Shown: positions 37,425-47,396, numbered from the stretch's first letter. The stretch is 64,000 nt of DNA from Chloroflexota bacterium (GCA_027622595.1 JAQBZZ010000004.1:575-64574), one strand, 5' to 3'. The notes: generated by a model not told the origin, from the sequence alone. Translations and numbers: made by a program.

Positions 37425-37434
37425 ACGCCGCTTT

Positions 37435-37520
37435 GTCATTCTGAGGCCCGACAGGGCCGAAGAATCTGGGGTTGGAGTGGCCCCCCACCTCACCAGACCC
37501 CTCACTTCGTTCAGGGTGAC
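37435..37520. repeat. REP/MITE-like element (GTCATTCTGAGG ... TTCAGGGTGAC)
   Basis: Its terminal motifs belong to the same family as 5917, 26830, 30060 and 32270. Confidence 0.7.
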
Positions 37521-37558
37521 AAATAGGACAGACATAGGCTTATTCATCGAGGAGAAAA

Positions 37559-38593
37559 ATGGGATTCAATGTCGCAATAGTTGGTGCTACCGGCCTTGTG
37601 GGGGGCGAGTTCCTAAGAATCCTTGAGCAGAGGAAGTTCCCCGTAAATACCCTCCGTCTCTATGCCTCCGACCGTTCAGCCGGCAAAAAGCTCTCCTTCA
37701 TGGGTCAGGAACTGGAAGTCGAGGAGACGACGGATGACTCATTCAGTGGAGTGGACATCGCGCTGTTCTCCGCCGGGGCCGACATCAGCCATCGCTTCTC
37801 CCCCATAGCCGCTCAGGCAGGCGCAGTGGTAATAGACAACAGCTCCGCCTTCCGCATGGATCCCCAGGTGCCACTGGTTGTACCGGAGGTCAACCCAAAG
37901 GACATCCATGCCCACAATGGCATCATCGCCAACCCCAACTGCTCCACAATCCAGATGGTGGTGGCCCTCAACCCTCTGCACCAGATAAGCCCCATCAAGC
38001 GCATCCTGGTATCGACCTATCAGGCCGTCTCCGGCACAGGCTCCAACGCAATGGAGGAACTGCGCCAGCAGACCGCCCAGATGATGGCTGGTGAAGGAGA
38101 CCAGATAACCCCGAAGGCCTATCCGCATCAGATTGCCTTTAACGCCCTACCCTTTGTTGAAGCCTTCCTTGACAACGACTACACCACCGAGGAGTGGAAG
38201 ATGATCCAGGAGACCCGCAAGATATTGCATGACCAGGAAATGCCCATCTCAGCCACCTGTGTCCGGGTGCCGGTGTACATCGGCCACGGCGAGGCGGTGA
38301 ACGTGGAGTTCGGCCGGCCTATGAGTTCCAAAGAGGCCAGGGGAATCCTTTCCAAGGCACCCGGGGTCAAGGTGCTGGACAATCCCAAAGATGACCTGTA
38401 TCCGCTACCCATACAATCGGTTGGCACCGACGACGTCTTCGTTGGCCGAATAAGGCAGGACGCGTCTCATCCCAACGGCCTTGTCATGTGGGTGGTGGCC
38501 GACAACCTGCGGAAGGGTGCCGCCCTGAACGCCGTGCAGATAGCTGAAGTGGTGATAAAAGAAGAAGTATTATCCCCATCCATGAGGAGGTAG
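37559..38593 (+). CDS. asd: aspartate-semialdehyde dehydrogenase
   Basis: The VAIVGATGLVG motif and the active-site sequence NPNCSTI are present. Confidence 0.95.
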   Translation: MGFNVAIVGATGLVGGEFLRILEQRKFPVNTLRLYASDRSAGKKLSFMGQELEVEETTDDSFSGVDIALFSAGADISHRFSPIAAQAGAVVIDNSSAFRMDPQVPLVVPEVNPKDIHAHNGIIANPNCSTIQMVVALNPLHQISPIKRILVSTYQAVSGTGSNAMEELRQQTAQMMAGEGDQITPKAYPHQIAFNALPFVEAFLDNDYTTEEWKMIQETRKILHDQEMPISATCVRVPVYIGHGEAVNVEFGRPMSSKEARGILSKAPGVKVLDNPKDDLYPLPIQSVGTDDVFVGRIRQDASHPNGLVMWVVADNLRKGAALNAVQIAEVVIKEEVLSPSMRR

Positions 38594-38598
38594 GTATC

Positions 38599-39501
38599 AT
38601 GGTTACAGTAGGCAGGCTTATCACAGCAATGGTCACTCCCTTCGATGGACAGGGCGAGATCGACTACGCCCAGGCAAGGCGTTTGGCCTCGGCCCTCCTC
38701 GACTCAGGAAGCGACGGGCTGGTGGTATCCGGCACCACAGGGGAGTCCCCCGCCCTCACCAAGGACGAGAAGCTGCGCCTCTTTAAAGAGATAAAGGCAG
38801 AGTTGGGCGACCGCGGCGCGGTCGTGGCCGGCACCGGGAACTACAGCACGGCGGAGAGCATCGAGTTGACCCGTGAGGCAGAGAAGGAAGGCGCGGACGC
38901 CGCTCTCCTGGTTGTCCCCTACTACAACAAGCCAACGCAGGAGGGACTGTACCTGCACTTCAAGGCCATCGCCGAGAGCACCAGCCTGCCCTGCATCCTG
39001 TACAACGTGCCCAGCCGCACAATAACCAGCCTCTCCTGGGAGATTACTTTGCGACTGGCCCAGGTGGACAACATCATAGGAGTGAAGGAAGCCAGCGGCG
39101 ACTTCGACCAGATTGCACGTATCATCGCCGGCGCGCCCAAGGGTTTCCAGGTCTGGAGCGGCAACGACAGCGATACCTTTGGCATCATGACGATGGGCGG
39201 CTACGGCGTCGTCAGCGTGGCCTCGCACCTGGTTGGACGTCAGATTAAAGGGATGATGGACATGATACTGGCAGGGAAGACAGCAGAAGCGGCCTCGGAG
39301 CACCTTCGTCTGACCCCTATATTCAAGGGCCTCTTCATCGTGTCAAACCCCATCCCGGTGAAGTACGGCGTAAACCAGGCAGGCTTCAACGTCGGCAAGC
39401 CCAGACTACCCCTTACGGAGCCTGACGAAAGGACGGCTCAACAGCTTCAGGCGATGATGAAGGAGTACGCCATAGACCTGCCTGTCACCGCACGGGTGTA
39501 G
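38599..39501 (+). CDS. dapA: 4-hydroxy-tetrahydrodipicolinate synthase
   Basis: GTTGES, YNVPSRT and the IIGVKEASG lysine motif are present. Confidence 0.95.
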   Translation: MVTVGRLITAMVTPFDGQGEIDYAQARRLASALLDSGSDGLVVSGTTGESPALTKDEKLRLFKEIKAELGDRGAVVAGTGNYSTAESIELTREAEKEGADAALLVVPYYNKPTQEGLYLHFKAIAESTSLPCILYNVPSRTITSLSWEITLRLAQVDNIIGVKEASGDFDQIARIIAGAPKGFQVWSGNDSDTFGIMTMGGYGVVSVASHLVGRQIKGMMDMILAGKTAEAASEHLRLTPIFKGLFIVSNPIPVKYGVNQAGFNVGKPRLPLTEPDERTAQQLQAMMKEYAIDLPVTARV

Positions 39502-39536
39502 CGCAGCGAATTTAGGAGGATAGAGTTTTAAGTTAT

Positions 39537-40532
39537 TTGGCTGAGTACATTTGGGTTGATGGGCAACAACCCACTGCCAAGCTGCGTTCCAAAGGCAAAG
39601 TGGTTCCCGACGGAGAGGAGCCGCCCATCTGGGGTTTCGATGGTTCGAGCACCAACCAGGCACCCGCCGATAAATCCGACTGTGTTTTGAATCCGGTCTT
39701 TGTCTGCCCCGACCCCATACGCGGGGGTGCAAACAAACTGGTTATGTGTGAGGTAATCCTCATCGACATGAGCCCACATCCCTCCAACACGAGGGCGGGC
39801 TGTGAAGAGGCGTCCAAGAAGTACGCCGAACTGGACACATGGTTTGGGATTGAGCAGGAATACACCTTCTTCGAAGGCACCCGGCCACTGGGCTGGCCGG
39901 AGAATGGTTTTCCCGCTCCTCAGGGAGGTTACTACTGCGGCGTCGGCTCCGATGAGGTGTTTGGACGTCCCATCGTGGAGGCACATCTAGAGGCTTGTCT
40001 GACGGCTGGACTGGCCATCGGCGGGATCAATGGCGAGGTCATGCCCGCTCAATGGGAATTCCAAATCGGTCCGGTGGGCACCCCGGCGGTGGCCGACCAC
40101 CTCTGGGTGGCCCGGTGGCTGCTCTACCGCATTGGTGAAGAATTCGACATCAGCGCCACCCTCGACCCAAAGCCGATCAGGGGCAACTGGAATGGGGCAG
40201 GCGCCCACACCAATTTCTCGACCATCCAGATGAGGAACGGCTACGACGCTTGCATCGCCGCAGCCGAGGCTTTGGGCACTCGGGCCGACCTCCACATCGC
40301 CAACTACGGCGACCGGATAGAAGAGCGGCTGACGGGGCAACACGAGACCTGCTCCTACAAGGATTTCAGGTATGGCGTTTCGGACCGCGGCGCGTCGGTC
40401 AGGATTCCCTGGCAGGTGGCCCGAGACAGGAAGGGTTACATCGAAGACCGCCGTCCCAACGCCAACTGCGACCCATACGTGGTAACCAGGCTCATCCTGG
40501 ATACGGTCTGCGGAGCAGCTACCGGCAAGTAA
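39537..40532 (+). CDS. glnII: glutamine synthetase, type II (eukaryote-like, short form)
   Basis: The N-terminus (M)AEYIWVDG...LRSK and the GSII motifs FDGSST, GIEQEY and NGAGAHTNFS are present. The start codon is TTG. Confidence 0.8.
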   Translation: MAEYIWVDGQQPTAKLRSKGKVVPDGEEPPIWGFDGSSTNQAPADKSDCVLNPVFVCPDPIRGGANKLVMCEVILIDMSPHPSNTRAGCEEASKKYAELDTWFGIEQEYTFFEGTRPLGWPENGFPAPQGGYYCGVGSDEVFGRPIVEAHLEACLTAGLAIGGINGEVMPAQWEFQIGPVGTPAVADHLWVARWLLYRIGEEFDISATLDPKPIRGNWNGAGAHTNFSTIQMRNGYDACIAAAEALGTRADLHIANYGDRIEERLTGQHETCSYKDFRYGVSDRGASVRIPWQVARDRKGYIEDRRPNANCDPYVVTRLILDTVCGAATGK

Positions 40533-40570
40533 CGATTTCCATTCTCCTGGAAAGCAAAAGGGGCGACCCG

Positions 40571-40681
40571 TCACCCGTGCAGAAAACTTTCCAGCGCCTT
40601 GGTAAGCTGCTGGGGTCGGTGAAGCTGAATGTCGTGGGCCGTGTCCGGAAACCACTCAACACGTCCGTCGCGGACGAGTTC
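40571..40681 (-). pseudogene. displaced remnant of the alpha/beta-hydrolase 3' end
   Basis: It encodes ELVRDGRVEWFPDTAHDIQLHRPQQLTKALESFLHG*, against ELVRDGREEWFPDTAHDIQLHRPSELAKVLESFLHG* in the intact gene at 42685. By hand count, 84 of 91 nt are identical in the core. Confidence 0.8.
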
Positions 40682-40728
40682 CCGCACCGCTCATCCTGAG
40701 CCTGTCGAAGGACATAAGGGAAAAACAG

Positions 40729-42660
40729 ATGCCTACGCGTTTCCTGATCTTAGTTTTATCTATCGGCCTCATGACGGCTGTCACAGTGGCTTGTGAACAG
40801 CCAGCAGAGGATGGACATGACAAATATAACTCCTTGCTTCTTGGCGACGCGAAGAAGCTATCCATAGACGACCTGGTCGATTTGGAGCTGGATGTACCCG
40901 GGGATGTACCCCACAACCAGCAAGCTGGTATTCTGCTGCGAGTCCGCCACGTTGACCCTGACGCGTACCTATCCCTGAGCAACGCCCGCCCTTCCCTTCG
41001 CGTCCTCCAAGAAGACGGCACGGAGATTTACCAGTCGGGGGACAACTACACGGAGACGGCCCGCTACAATACCATCGCACCAGGCGAAACGGCGGAATAC
41101 CGGATGTCCTGGCCGCACCTCTTCCGGGAGCAATGCGTGTCCTTAGACACGGGGTTGGGGTGTCCCGCCCCACCAGGCCGTTACCAGATACAGGCCTCGC
41201 TGTTGGTCGGCTTTGTACAGGTACTTCAGGCCGGTGAGACGCTGGGAGTGGCTGAGCAGAGCGAGGTGAAAGCCGATCCCACATGGCTCACTGTGACCGG
41301 GGAGGCTGGGGATCCGAATGTGTCGCCCTTTTGGGATCCCGTGAATCTGGAGGATCCGATCTTGACACATCCCGCCAGACGCCTCTCCGGCGGCACACAG
41401 GCTCCGGAGCAGGTAAGTCTGGGAGAAACGGCAATATTCAAGATAATCGTGGGAAACGGATTCGACGAGCCGTTGGAGGTGCCGCTACGCCAGCCGATGT
41501 ACGACTTTACAGTGTCCACACTGGATAGCACAGAAGTCTGGCGCTGGTCAGATACTCAAGAGACGGACGATACTCCGGTGGCGTTCCGACTGGAGCCGGG
41601 CCAGTGGGAGGAATTCGAGGTGGAGTGGGACCTGCGTGGCCGGAACGGGGATCCCGTCCCGGCTGGCTTGTATGAGGTCGAAGGCTGGCTTCGGTTGGCC
41701 CCAGAGGGAGAGATATCACTAACTCGGCAGTTCATGTTTGTTGGTTCGAAGCCCTCCTTGAGGGACGTGATGGAAGTTGAGTTGCTGGCGCCCAAGTCGA
41801 CCGCTGCCAGAGAAGACGTGCGTATGCGGGTCATCATCAAGAACGTTAGCGGTAGTATCTTACGCTTGTGGTATGGTGCTGACTACGTGGTCTTCCAGGT
41901 GCGGGACGGCAGTGATAACACCATTGGGCCAGAAGCGGGGGCCTATCTGCTCTGGCTTGGTGGGATGCAGTTGTTTCCAGGACAGGTGCGTGTGGTAGAG
42001 CAAATCAGGTCGCTGGAGCGCGACCTGGAGGGTTTCCCCCTGGAGCCAGGGGAGTACCAGATCAAGGGCATCGTCAAGTTCTCTCTTCAAGACCCACCAC
42101 ACGGTAGCCGCAGCTATGAGCGACTGGAAACCTCTGTCCACACCCTGACCATCACAGAGGCTCCGCTGCCCGAGTATGCCAAGGCAATCGAGCTGGAGTT
42201 GACCGCACCCTCGGAAGTGCGGGCTGGTGAGTCGGTGCCAATGGACATGCGCATCACCAACACCAGTGATAAACCAGTCATCCTGTGGTGGAGTAGCGAC
42301 AAAGTAGGCCCCAGACCCAACGACATTGAAATCGTCGTCTTCCGCGACGGCGAACCTGTCTGGCGTGCGACCTCTGCCCACGGCGTACAGTACCAGGGAA
42401 CAATAACCCTGGGGCCAGGAGAGTCGCAAACCATGAGCGGTATGTCATTCCGTGCTACAAACGGTAGATACAAAAGCTCAGGAGACCCGTGGGAGTGGGA
42501 CCAGCGGGCAGACTGCGGCGAGCCGGTCGAGCCCGGTACTTACACAGTCCGCGGCGTAGTCAACGTCTCACCGCCAGAGACGATGGAGCAGGAACCACCC
42601 TTCACAGCAGAGCGCACGACCATCGCCACCGAACCCCGGGAATTAGTCATAATCCCGTAA
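40729..42660 (+). CDS. lipoprotein with four BsuPI-like (intracellular proteinase inhibitor fold) repeats
   Basis: A signal peptide with lipobox (TVAC) is present. Four units of about 110-150 aa each end in PG.Y.v.g (PPGRYQIQA, PAGLYEVEG, PGEYQIKG, PGTYTVRG). Unit 2 reads QPMYDFTVSTLDSTEVWRWSD...LEPGQ, like the BsuPI signature. Confidence 0.55.
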   Translation: MPTRFLILVLSIGLMTAVTVACEQPAEDGHDKYNSLLLGDAKKLSIDDLVDLELDVPGDVPHNQQAGILLRVRHVDPDAYLSLSNARPSLRVLQEDGTEIYQSGDNYTETARYNTIAPGETAEYRMSWPHLFREQCVSLDTGLGCPAPPGRYQIQASLLVGFVQVLQAGETLGVAEQSEVKADPTWLTVTGEAGDPNVSPFWDPVNLEDPILTHPARRLSGGTQAPEQVSLGETAIFKIIVGNGFDEPLEVPLRQPMYDFTVSTLDSTEVWRWSDTQETDDTPVAFRLEPGQWEEFEVEWDLRGRNGDPVPAGLYEVEGWLRLAPEGEISLTRQFMFVGSKPSLRDVMEVELLAPKSTAAREDVRMRVIIKNVSGSILRLWYGADYVVFQVRDGSDNTIGPEAGAYLLWLGGMQLFPGQVRVVEQIRSLERDLEGFPLEPGEYQIKGIVKFSLQDPPHGSRSYERLETSVHTLTITEAPLPEYAKAIELELTAPSEVRAGESVPMDMRITNTSDKPVILWWSSDKVGPRPNDIEIVVFRDGEPVWRATSAHGVQYQGTITLGPGESQTMSGMSFRATNGRYKSSGDPWEWDQRADCGEPVEPGTYTVRGVVNVSPPETMEQEPPFTAERTTIATEPRELVIIP

Positions 42661-42684
42661 CCTACCCAGTGCCAGAGCTCCCCG

Positions 42685-43533
42685 TCACCCGTGCAGAAAA
42701 CTTTCCAGCACCTTGGCAAGCTCACTGGGTCGGTGAAGCTGGATGTCGTGGGCCGTGTCCGGAAACCACTCCTCGCGACCATCCCTGACCAGTTCCTGCG
42801 CCGCACGCACCGCCTCTCGTTTCCTGTCGTTTGCCTCCACCCTGTCCAACGAGGGACTCAGAGCGGCCGCGAAGAGCACGGGCATTTCAAGCTTTGGGTA
42901 AAGCTCCCTGGCGTTGAGGTCGCCCATAGCCTGTAGGATACGGACGTTGTTCTCCCGCGAAAGGCGCTCGCTTATGGAACCGTCGGGGTTGACGGTGACG
43001 CTGGCCATGAGTATCTCCTCTATCTCAGGGGTCATTACGTCACGAAATCCACCACCAGACGCCTGTAGGTAAGTCTGCCTGTTCTGGTAAACCTCGGGCG
43101 GTGCCATCATCTGCGTATAGTCGGGCGGCGATCCATCCAGCGTCCTGCGGCGGCCTCCAAACCCTCCATCTACCAGCGCCAGGTGAGATATTGTTCCAGG
43201 ACTGGAAGCTGCCAGGCTCAGCGCTACCCCCGCGCCCCAGGAGTGGCCGGCCAGCAGCGCTCCCTCTATGCCTATCTCCCGACATAGCTTCTCCACGTCG
43301 CCGGCGACGGTCTGGTAGTCATACCCCCAGTCGGGCTTGTCCGATTGGCCGTGGCCGCGTAAATCCACGGATATCACCCTGTGCTCCTGGGCAAGGAGAC
43401 GAGCGGTAAGAGACCAGTACTCGGCGCACACAGTCAGACCGTGAAGCAGCAACACAGGAGAGCCGTCTCCCTCCCACTCCAGGTACCGAAGGGATATTTC
43501 TGAATTTGCAGTAACCTTAGCTATGGGATTCAT
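42685..43533 (-). CDS. alpha/beta hydrolase
   Basis: The HGLT oxyanion region and the GHSWG nucleophile elbow are present. I trimmed the start to the ATG at 43533. Confidence 0.8.
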   Translation of the reverse strand: MNPIAKVTANSEISLRYLEWEGDGSPVLLLHGLTVCAEYWSLTARLLAQEHRVISVDLRGHGQSDKPDWGYDYQTVAGDVEKLCREIGIEGALLAGHSWGAGVALSLAASSPGTISHLALVDGGFGGRRRTLDGSPPDYTQMMAPPEVYQNRQTYLQASGGGFRDVMTPEIEEILMASVTVNPDGSISERLSRENNVRILQAMGDLNARELYPKLEMPVLFAAALSPSLDRVEANDRKREAVRAAQELVRDGREEWFPDTAHDIQLHRPSELAKVLESFLHG

Positions 43534-43689
43534 GTATTTGGAAAGAGCCGTGCCATTCCAGCTACGGGACCATCGTAGTCTTACTGGCCATTGTAACTCC
43601 ACAGGGAGATGAGTCAAGGCGCGGTAGACCCTGTGGGCCTTGACGTGAGGCTCATAGCAACGGGATAATCAATTCCCCTGGCAACAAAT

Positions 43690-44307
43690 ATGAGTGACTT
43701 CTTACCGGCTTCCGTTTCCATTGCAGGTGCTTTCCTGTTGGGGTCGTTGCCGTTCGCGTACTGGGTAGCCAGGGCCGTGGCGGGAATAGACATCCGCCTA
43801 GCGGGAAGCGGCAACCCGGGAGCACTCAACGTCTACCGCCAGGTGGGAGGAAAGGCCGCACTGGCGGTCGTGCTTCTCGACGTAGCGAAAGGGGCTGTGG
43901 CGGTCCTGCTGCCGCGGTGGCTCGGAGCTCCTGAGCCGGTCCTGTACCTGGCGGCATTTACCGCGGTGGCGGGACACAACTGGTCTGTATTTCTCGGACT
44001 GCGGGGAGGAAAGGGCGCTGCAACCGTCGCCGGCATATCTTTGACCCTGCTACCCTTGCTGACGGTCGTAGTAGTGCCGTTCCTGGCACTGGCTTTGATG
44101 ATGACAAAGAACGCAGTCGTATCCATTGCCCTTACCTTCATCCTTCTCAACGTGCTCACCATCGCCACAGCCCAGCCCTTAGCACAGATTGGCCTCTGCA
44201 TGGGTCTATCCATCCTTGTGGCAGGGACTCACCTCTACCGCGCGGGAGCACAGATAGTGCCTGCTGTTAAAGAGAAGCGATGGACTGACATCACTCGTGT
44301 GGAGTGA
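43690..44307 (+). CDS. plsY: glycerol-3-phosphate acyltransferase PlsY
   Basis: The GSLPFAYWV and GSGNPGALNV motifs are present, with 5-6 TM segments. Confidence 0.9.
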   Translation: MSDFLPASVSIAGAFLLGSLPFAYWVARAVAGIDIRLAGSGNPGALNVYRQVGGKAALAVVLLDVAKGAVAVLLPRWLGAPEPVLYLAAFTAVAGHNWSVFLGLRGGKGAATVAGISLTLLPLLTVVVVPFLALALMMTKNAVVSIALTFILLNVLTIATAQPLAQIGLCMGLSILVAGTHLYRAGAQIVPAVKEKRWTDITRVE

Positions 44308-44434
44308 GAGTTCTTCACACACATCTTCGTATCAAACAAATGAGATATAATGAGGCGGCAGGCTTGCCATGCTGTCTGTGGTAAGCTTGCCGAACTATCG
44401 AAGATTGAATTTACAGAAAACAAATTTACAAAAT

Positions 44435-45643
44435 ATGCAAAATACTCAGAATTCCGTAATGGTCCGGGTCCACGAGATTGCCCTGAAGGGCAAGAACCGC
44501 CCTCTATTCTTCGACCAGCTGGAACGCAACCTACGGCAGGCGCTGCGTGGAATGGCAGTGGAACAGGTGCGCAATAGGCACATGGGAGTGGAGATCACCC
44601 TTGCGCCGGAAGCGCCCTGGGACGAGATAGCGAAAAGAATCAAGCAGGTATTCGGCGTGGTCAAGTTCTACCGCTACCACAGAGTGACCCCCTCCATGGA
44701 GGCCATCAAAGAGTTCCTGGAGAGCGAACTAACCAAACTTACCTTCAGCACCTTCCGCATAACAGCCAAACGGGGCAATAAGTCTTTCCCCCTGACCTCG
44801 CCTGAGATGAACCAGGAGCTGGGAGCCTTTGTGCAGCAGCTCACCGGAGCAAAGGTCAACCTGAAGCAGGCAGAGGTCAACGTCTTTGTCGAGGTCTTGC
44901 CGGGTGAGGCACTGCTGTACTTCGAGGAAACGACAGGGCCGGGCGGCCTGCCTGTAGGCACAGGTGGCAAGGTTGCTGTACTCCTCTCCGGAGGTATTGA
45001 CTCCCCTGTTGCGGCATGGCGCATGATGAAACGAGGTTGCCAGGTCCTCCTCGTCCACTTCCACAGCTTCCCTCTGGTGGACGGATCGTCCCGGGAGAAG
45101 GCCATAGAACTGGTGGAACTGCTGAACCTGTACCAGTTCCGCTCCACCCTGCTCCTGGTGCCCTTTGCCGACGTGCAGCGGGAAATCATCCTCTCCGTTC
45201 CACCGGCCTACCGTGTCGTCATATATCGACGGTTCATGACCCGCATTGCGGAACGACTGGCTATTGAGCACGGGGCCAAGGCCCTGGTGACTGGCGAGAG
45301 CCTCGGGCAGGTGGGGTCTCAGACCCTCGACAACCTGGTCACAGTCCGCAACGCGGTGACAATGCCTATTCTCAGCCCCCTTATCGGCATGGACAAACAG
45401 GAGATCATCGGCGAGGCCCGTCACATCGACACCTACCCCATATCAATACTACCGGACGAGGACTGCTGCACCCTCTTCGTCCCCAAACATCCGGTCACTC
45501 GGAGCACTCCTGAGGAGGTGGAACGACTGGAGGAGGCATTGGACATCCCCGCACTGATCGAGAGTGCGATGTCCCAGGTTGAGATCAAGCACTTCACCCG
45601 GGACGGTGTTTCTTCTGAAAGAAGCTCAGTAGGGGTGGGGTAG
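44435..45643 (+). CDS. thiI: tRNA 4-thiouridine(8) synthase ThiI (no rhodanese domain)
   Basis: VRVHEIALKGKNR, a THUMP domain and the SGGIDSPVAAW PP-loop are present. The start is ambiguous between 44369, 44435 and 44459. Confidence 0.85.
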   Translation: MQNTQNSVMVRVHEIALKGKNRPLFFDQLERNLRQALRGMAVEQVRNRHMGVEITLAPEAPWDEIAKRIKQVFGVVKFYRYHRVTPSMEAIKEFLESELTKLTFSTFRITAKRGNKSFPLTSPEMNQELGAFVQQLTGAKVNLKQAEVNVFVEVLPGEALLYFEETTGPGGLPVGTGGKVAVLLSGGIDSPVAAWRMMKRGCQVLLVHFHSFPLVDGSSREKAIELVELLNLYQFRSTLLLVPFADVQREIILSVPPAYRVVIYRRFMTRIAERLAIEHGAKALVTGESLGQVGSQTLDNLVTVRNAVTMPILSPLIGMDKQEIIGEARHIDTYPISILPDEDCCTLFVPKHPVTRSTPEEVERLEEALDIPALIESAMSQVEIKHFTRDGVSSERSSVGVG

Positions 45644-45647
45644 CGGG

Positions 45648-46280
45648 TTGGACCGTCCTTTAAAAGAAAGTTCCGGGGCCACGGCAACCAGGTACAACCG
45701 GATTGCCGGTATCTACGACCTGTCTGAATATCTGGTTGAACGGCTGCTGTATCGCCGCTGGCGCAGACGACTCTGGTCTCTGGTAACACCTGGTCGTGGC
45801 CTTGAGGTCGGGGTTGGCACCGGCAAGAACATCCCCGACCACCCCTCGGACAGCCGGATCACCTCCATCGACATGAGCCCCAAAATGCTGAAACAGGCCC
45901 GACGCCAGGCGGATAGACTGGGCACCCCTGTAGAACTGGTTGAGATGGACGCCGAACACCTGGACTTTCAGGACGATACCTTTGATTGGGCCGTGGCGTC
46001 CTTCGTCTTCTGCTCGGTGCCAAATGCCGTAGAGGGTCTCAGAGAGCTGGACAGGGTGGTCAAACCTGGCGGCCCCATCCTGCTTCTGGAGCACGTGCGT
46101 ATCGACAGACCGTTGATAGGCAGGCTGATGGACATTTGCAATCCCCCGGCCGTTCGTGTCACCGGCGCCAACATCAACCGCCGTACGGTGGAAAACGCAG
46201 CGAGGTCGGGGCTCAAGATCGAAGCTGTGGAAGACCTGACACCCCTTGGGGCGTTCAAGCTGATTACCGCCCGTTCTTGA
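45648..46280 (+). CDS. class I SAM-dependent methyltransferase (Methyltransf_11-like)
   Basis: Motif I is LEVGVGTGKN, and LKPGG-like VKPGG is present. The start codon is TTG. Confidence 0.75.
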   Translation: MDRPLKESSGATATRYNRIAGIYDLSEYLVERLLYRRWRRRLWSLVTPGRGLEVGVGTGKNIPDHPSDSRITSIDMSPKMLKQARRQADRLGTPVELVEMDAEHLDFQDDTFDWAVASFVFCSVPNAVEGLRELDRVVKPGGPILLLEHVRIDRPLIGRLMDICNPPAVRVTGANINRRTVENAARSGLKIEAVEDLTPLGAFKLITARS

Positions 46281-46312
46281 GCGAATGGCCGTGGTTATCC
46301 AGAGGGTGGCTC

Positions 46313-47155
46313 TTACCTCGGCGGTCGACGGCTAGCCGAGCTACTGGGTTTCCGAGCAAGTGCCCTATAGCATGTTAAGCACACAGGTTTGGCATAACTG
46401 ACATCCGCATCTTTACCGCACGAGTGGCATACGGCCTCCTGATAATCCACATCTCCAAATCCAGCCCAAATCTCGTAGCAGTCATCGCACAGCGGCCTTG
46501 CCACATCCAGAGATAACCCCTCTCCACAGCGTATACAGAAGCCTGTCTTAGTTCGAGCACGGGGAGCGCCTGTCCTTTTAGGTGCTCTGGTGCTGGGAGC
46601 AGCCGTGTGTGCGTTAACAATACGGTTCTTTGACCTAGCAAAACCTGCGCCGGCCAGTTCTTGCCGGCCATGAGGGCTCGCTAGTCGGAGCAGTCTTGAA
46701 GCGACATAATCCCTGATTATCTTGGCCTCGCTGGGGTCGTTGATGAGGGTAGCGATTTCAAAGGACTCTGTACCCGATGACTGGGTCAGATTCATTGAAC
46801 TGGTTATCACCGTACTCTCGTTGAGATATATCTTTGCGTGCAGCCTGTCTAGTGTTAAGACCACCACCTGGTTGTCTTCAAGCCACTGAATATCTGAACT
46901 CCGAACAACGTCGGGGTCATTCCGAACCAAGAAGGTAACCTTGGCACTCCGCTTGACCGCCAATTGCACTGCATTCTTGACATGTCCCCATAGAGCTATA
47001 TAGGGACTGACAACCATGACGTATTCTTGGGCCTCGCCAATGACGGATAGAATACGGTTTGAAACTTGCTCGTCCTTGAAGACGGTGTTCAAAATGCTCT
47101 CCACGTATCCGCTAGGGTTCGATCCGTCAGCCCAATGGTTGCACAGGGAGCACAT
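46313..47155 (-). CDS. single-HKD phospholipase D-family (Nuc-like) protein fused to a C-terminal double CxxC zinc ribbon
   Basis: LHAKIYLNESTVITSSMNLT is an HxK..(N)....SxN variant of the HKD motif. A basic linker (APKRTGAPRARTKTG) follows. Then comes CIRCG...CDDC...CHSCG...CLTC. Confidence 0.6.
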   Translation of the reverse strand: MCSLCNHWADGSNPSGYVESILNTVFKDEQVSNRILSVIGEAQEYVMVVSPYIALWGHVKNAVQLAVKRSAKVTFLVRNDPDVVRSSDIQWLEDNQVVVLTLDRLHAKIYLNESTVITSSMNLTQSSGTESFEIATLINDPSEAKIIRDYVASRLLRLASPHGRQELAGAGFARSKNRIVNAHTAAPSTRAPKRTGAPRARTKTGFCIRCGEGLSLDVARPLCDDCYEIWAGFGDVDYQEAVCHSCGKDADVSYAKPVCLTCYRALARKPSSSASRRPPR

Positions 47156-47368
47156 ACCGTCAAGCTGAGTTGTTTGGGACGGGCCAATTTCAGCCTGCCA
47201 GGACGGACAACGCTCCTTGAATCACATCCCAACACGGGGTTTACGTAAAGTAACGACCCATTGCCATCTATCTCTGATTGCAATTCAGGCTGTGAATCAC
47301 TGCATCTCGACTGTATAGGGATACTCCGCGCAGCCACTTGACACAGCCATCACGCCATCGTATTCTAC

Positions 47369-47396
47369 ATACCAAAGACCCCCACCCAGTGGGTAT
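47369..47396. promoter_or_regulatory. candidate CsoR operator
   Basis: ATACCaaagaCCCCCACccaGTGGGTAT is a GC-rich pseudo-palindrome with ATACC/GGTAT outer arms and CCCAC/GTGGG inner arms. It ends 18 nt upstream of the csoR ATG and resembles known CsoR boxes. Confidence 0.4.

Noticed and set aside
39987-40655. A 222-aa minus-strand ORF overlapping the glnII 3' half.
   Set aside because: It is antisense to a well-supported GSII gene. Its first codons merely run through the hydrolase-end remnant in the wrong frame.
47156-47340. A possible fourth displaced 3' end: a copy of the methyltransferase 45648-46280 end beyond the PLD-like gene.
   Set aside because: Only a 9-10 nt match (TCAAGCTGA) was found, which is indistinguishable from chance.
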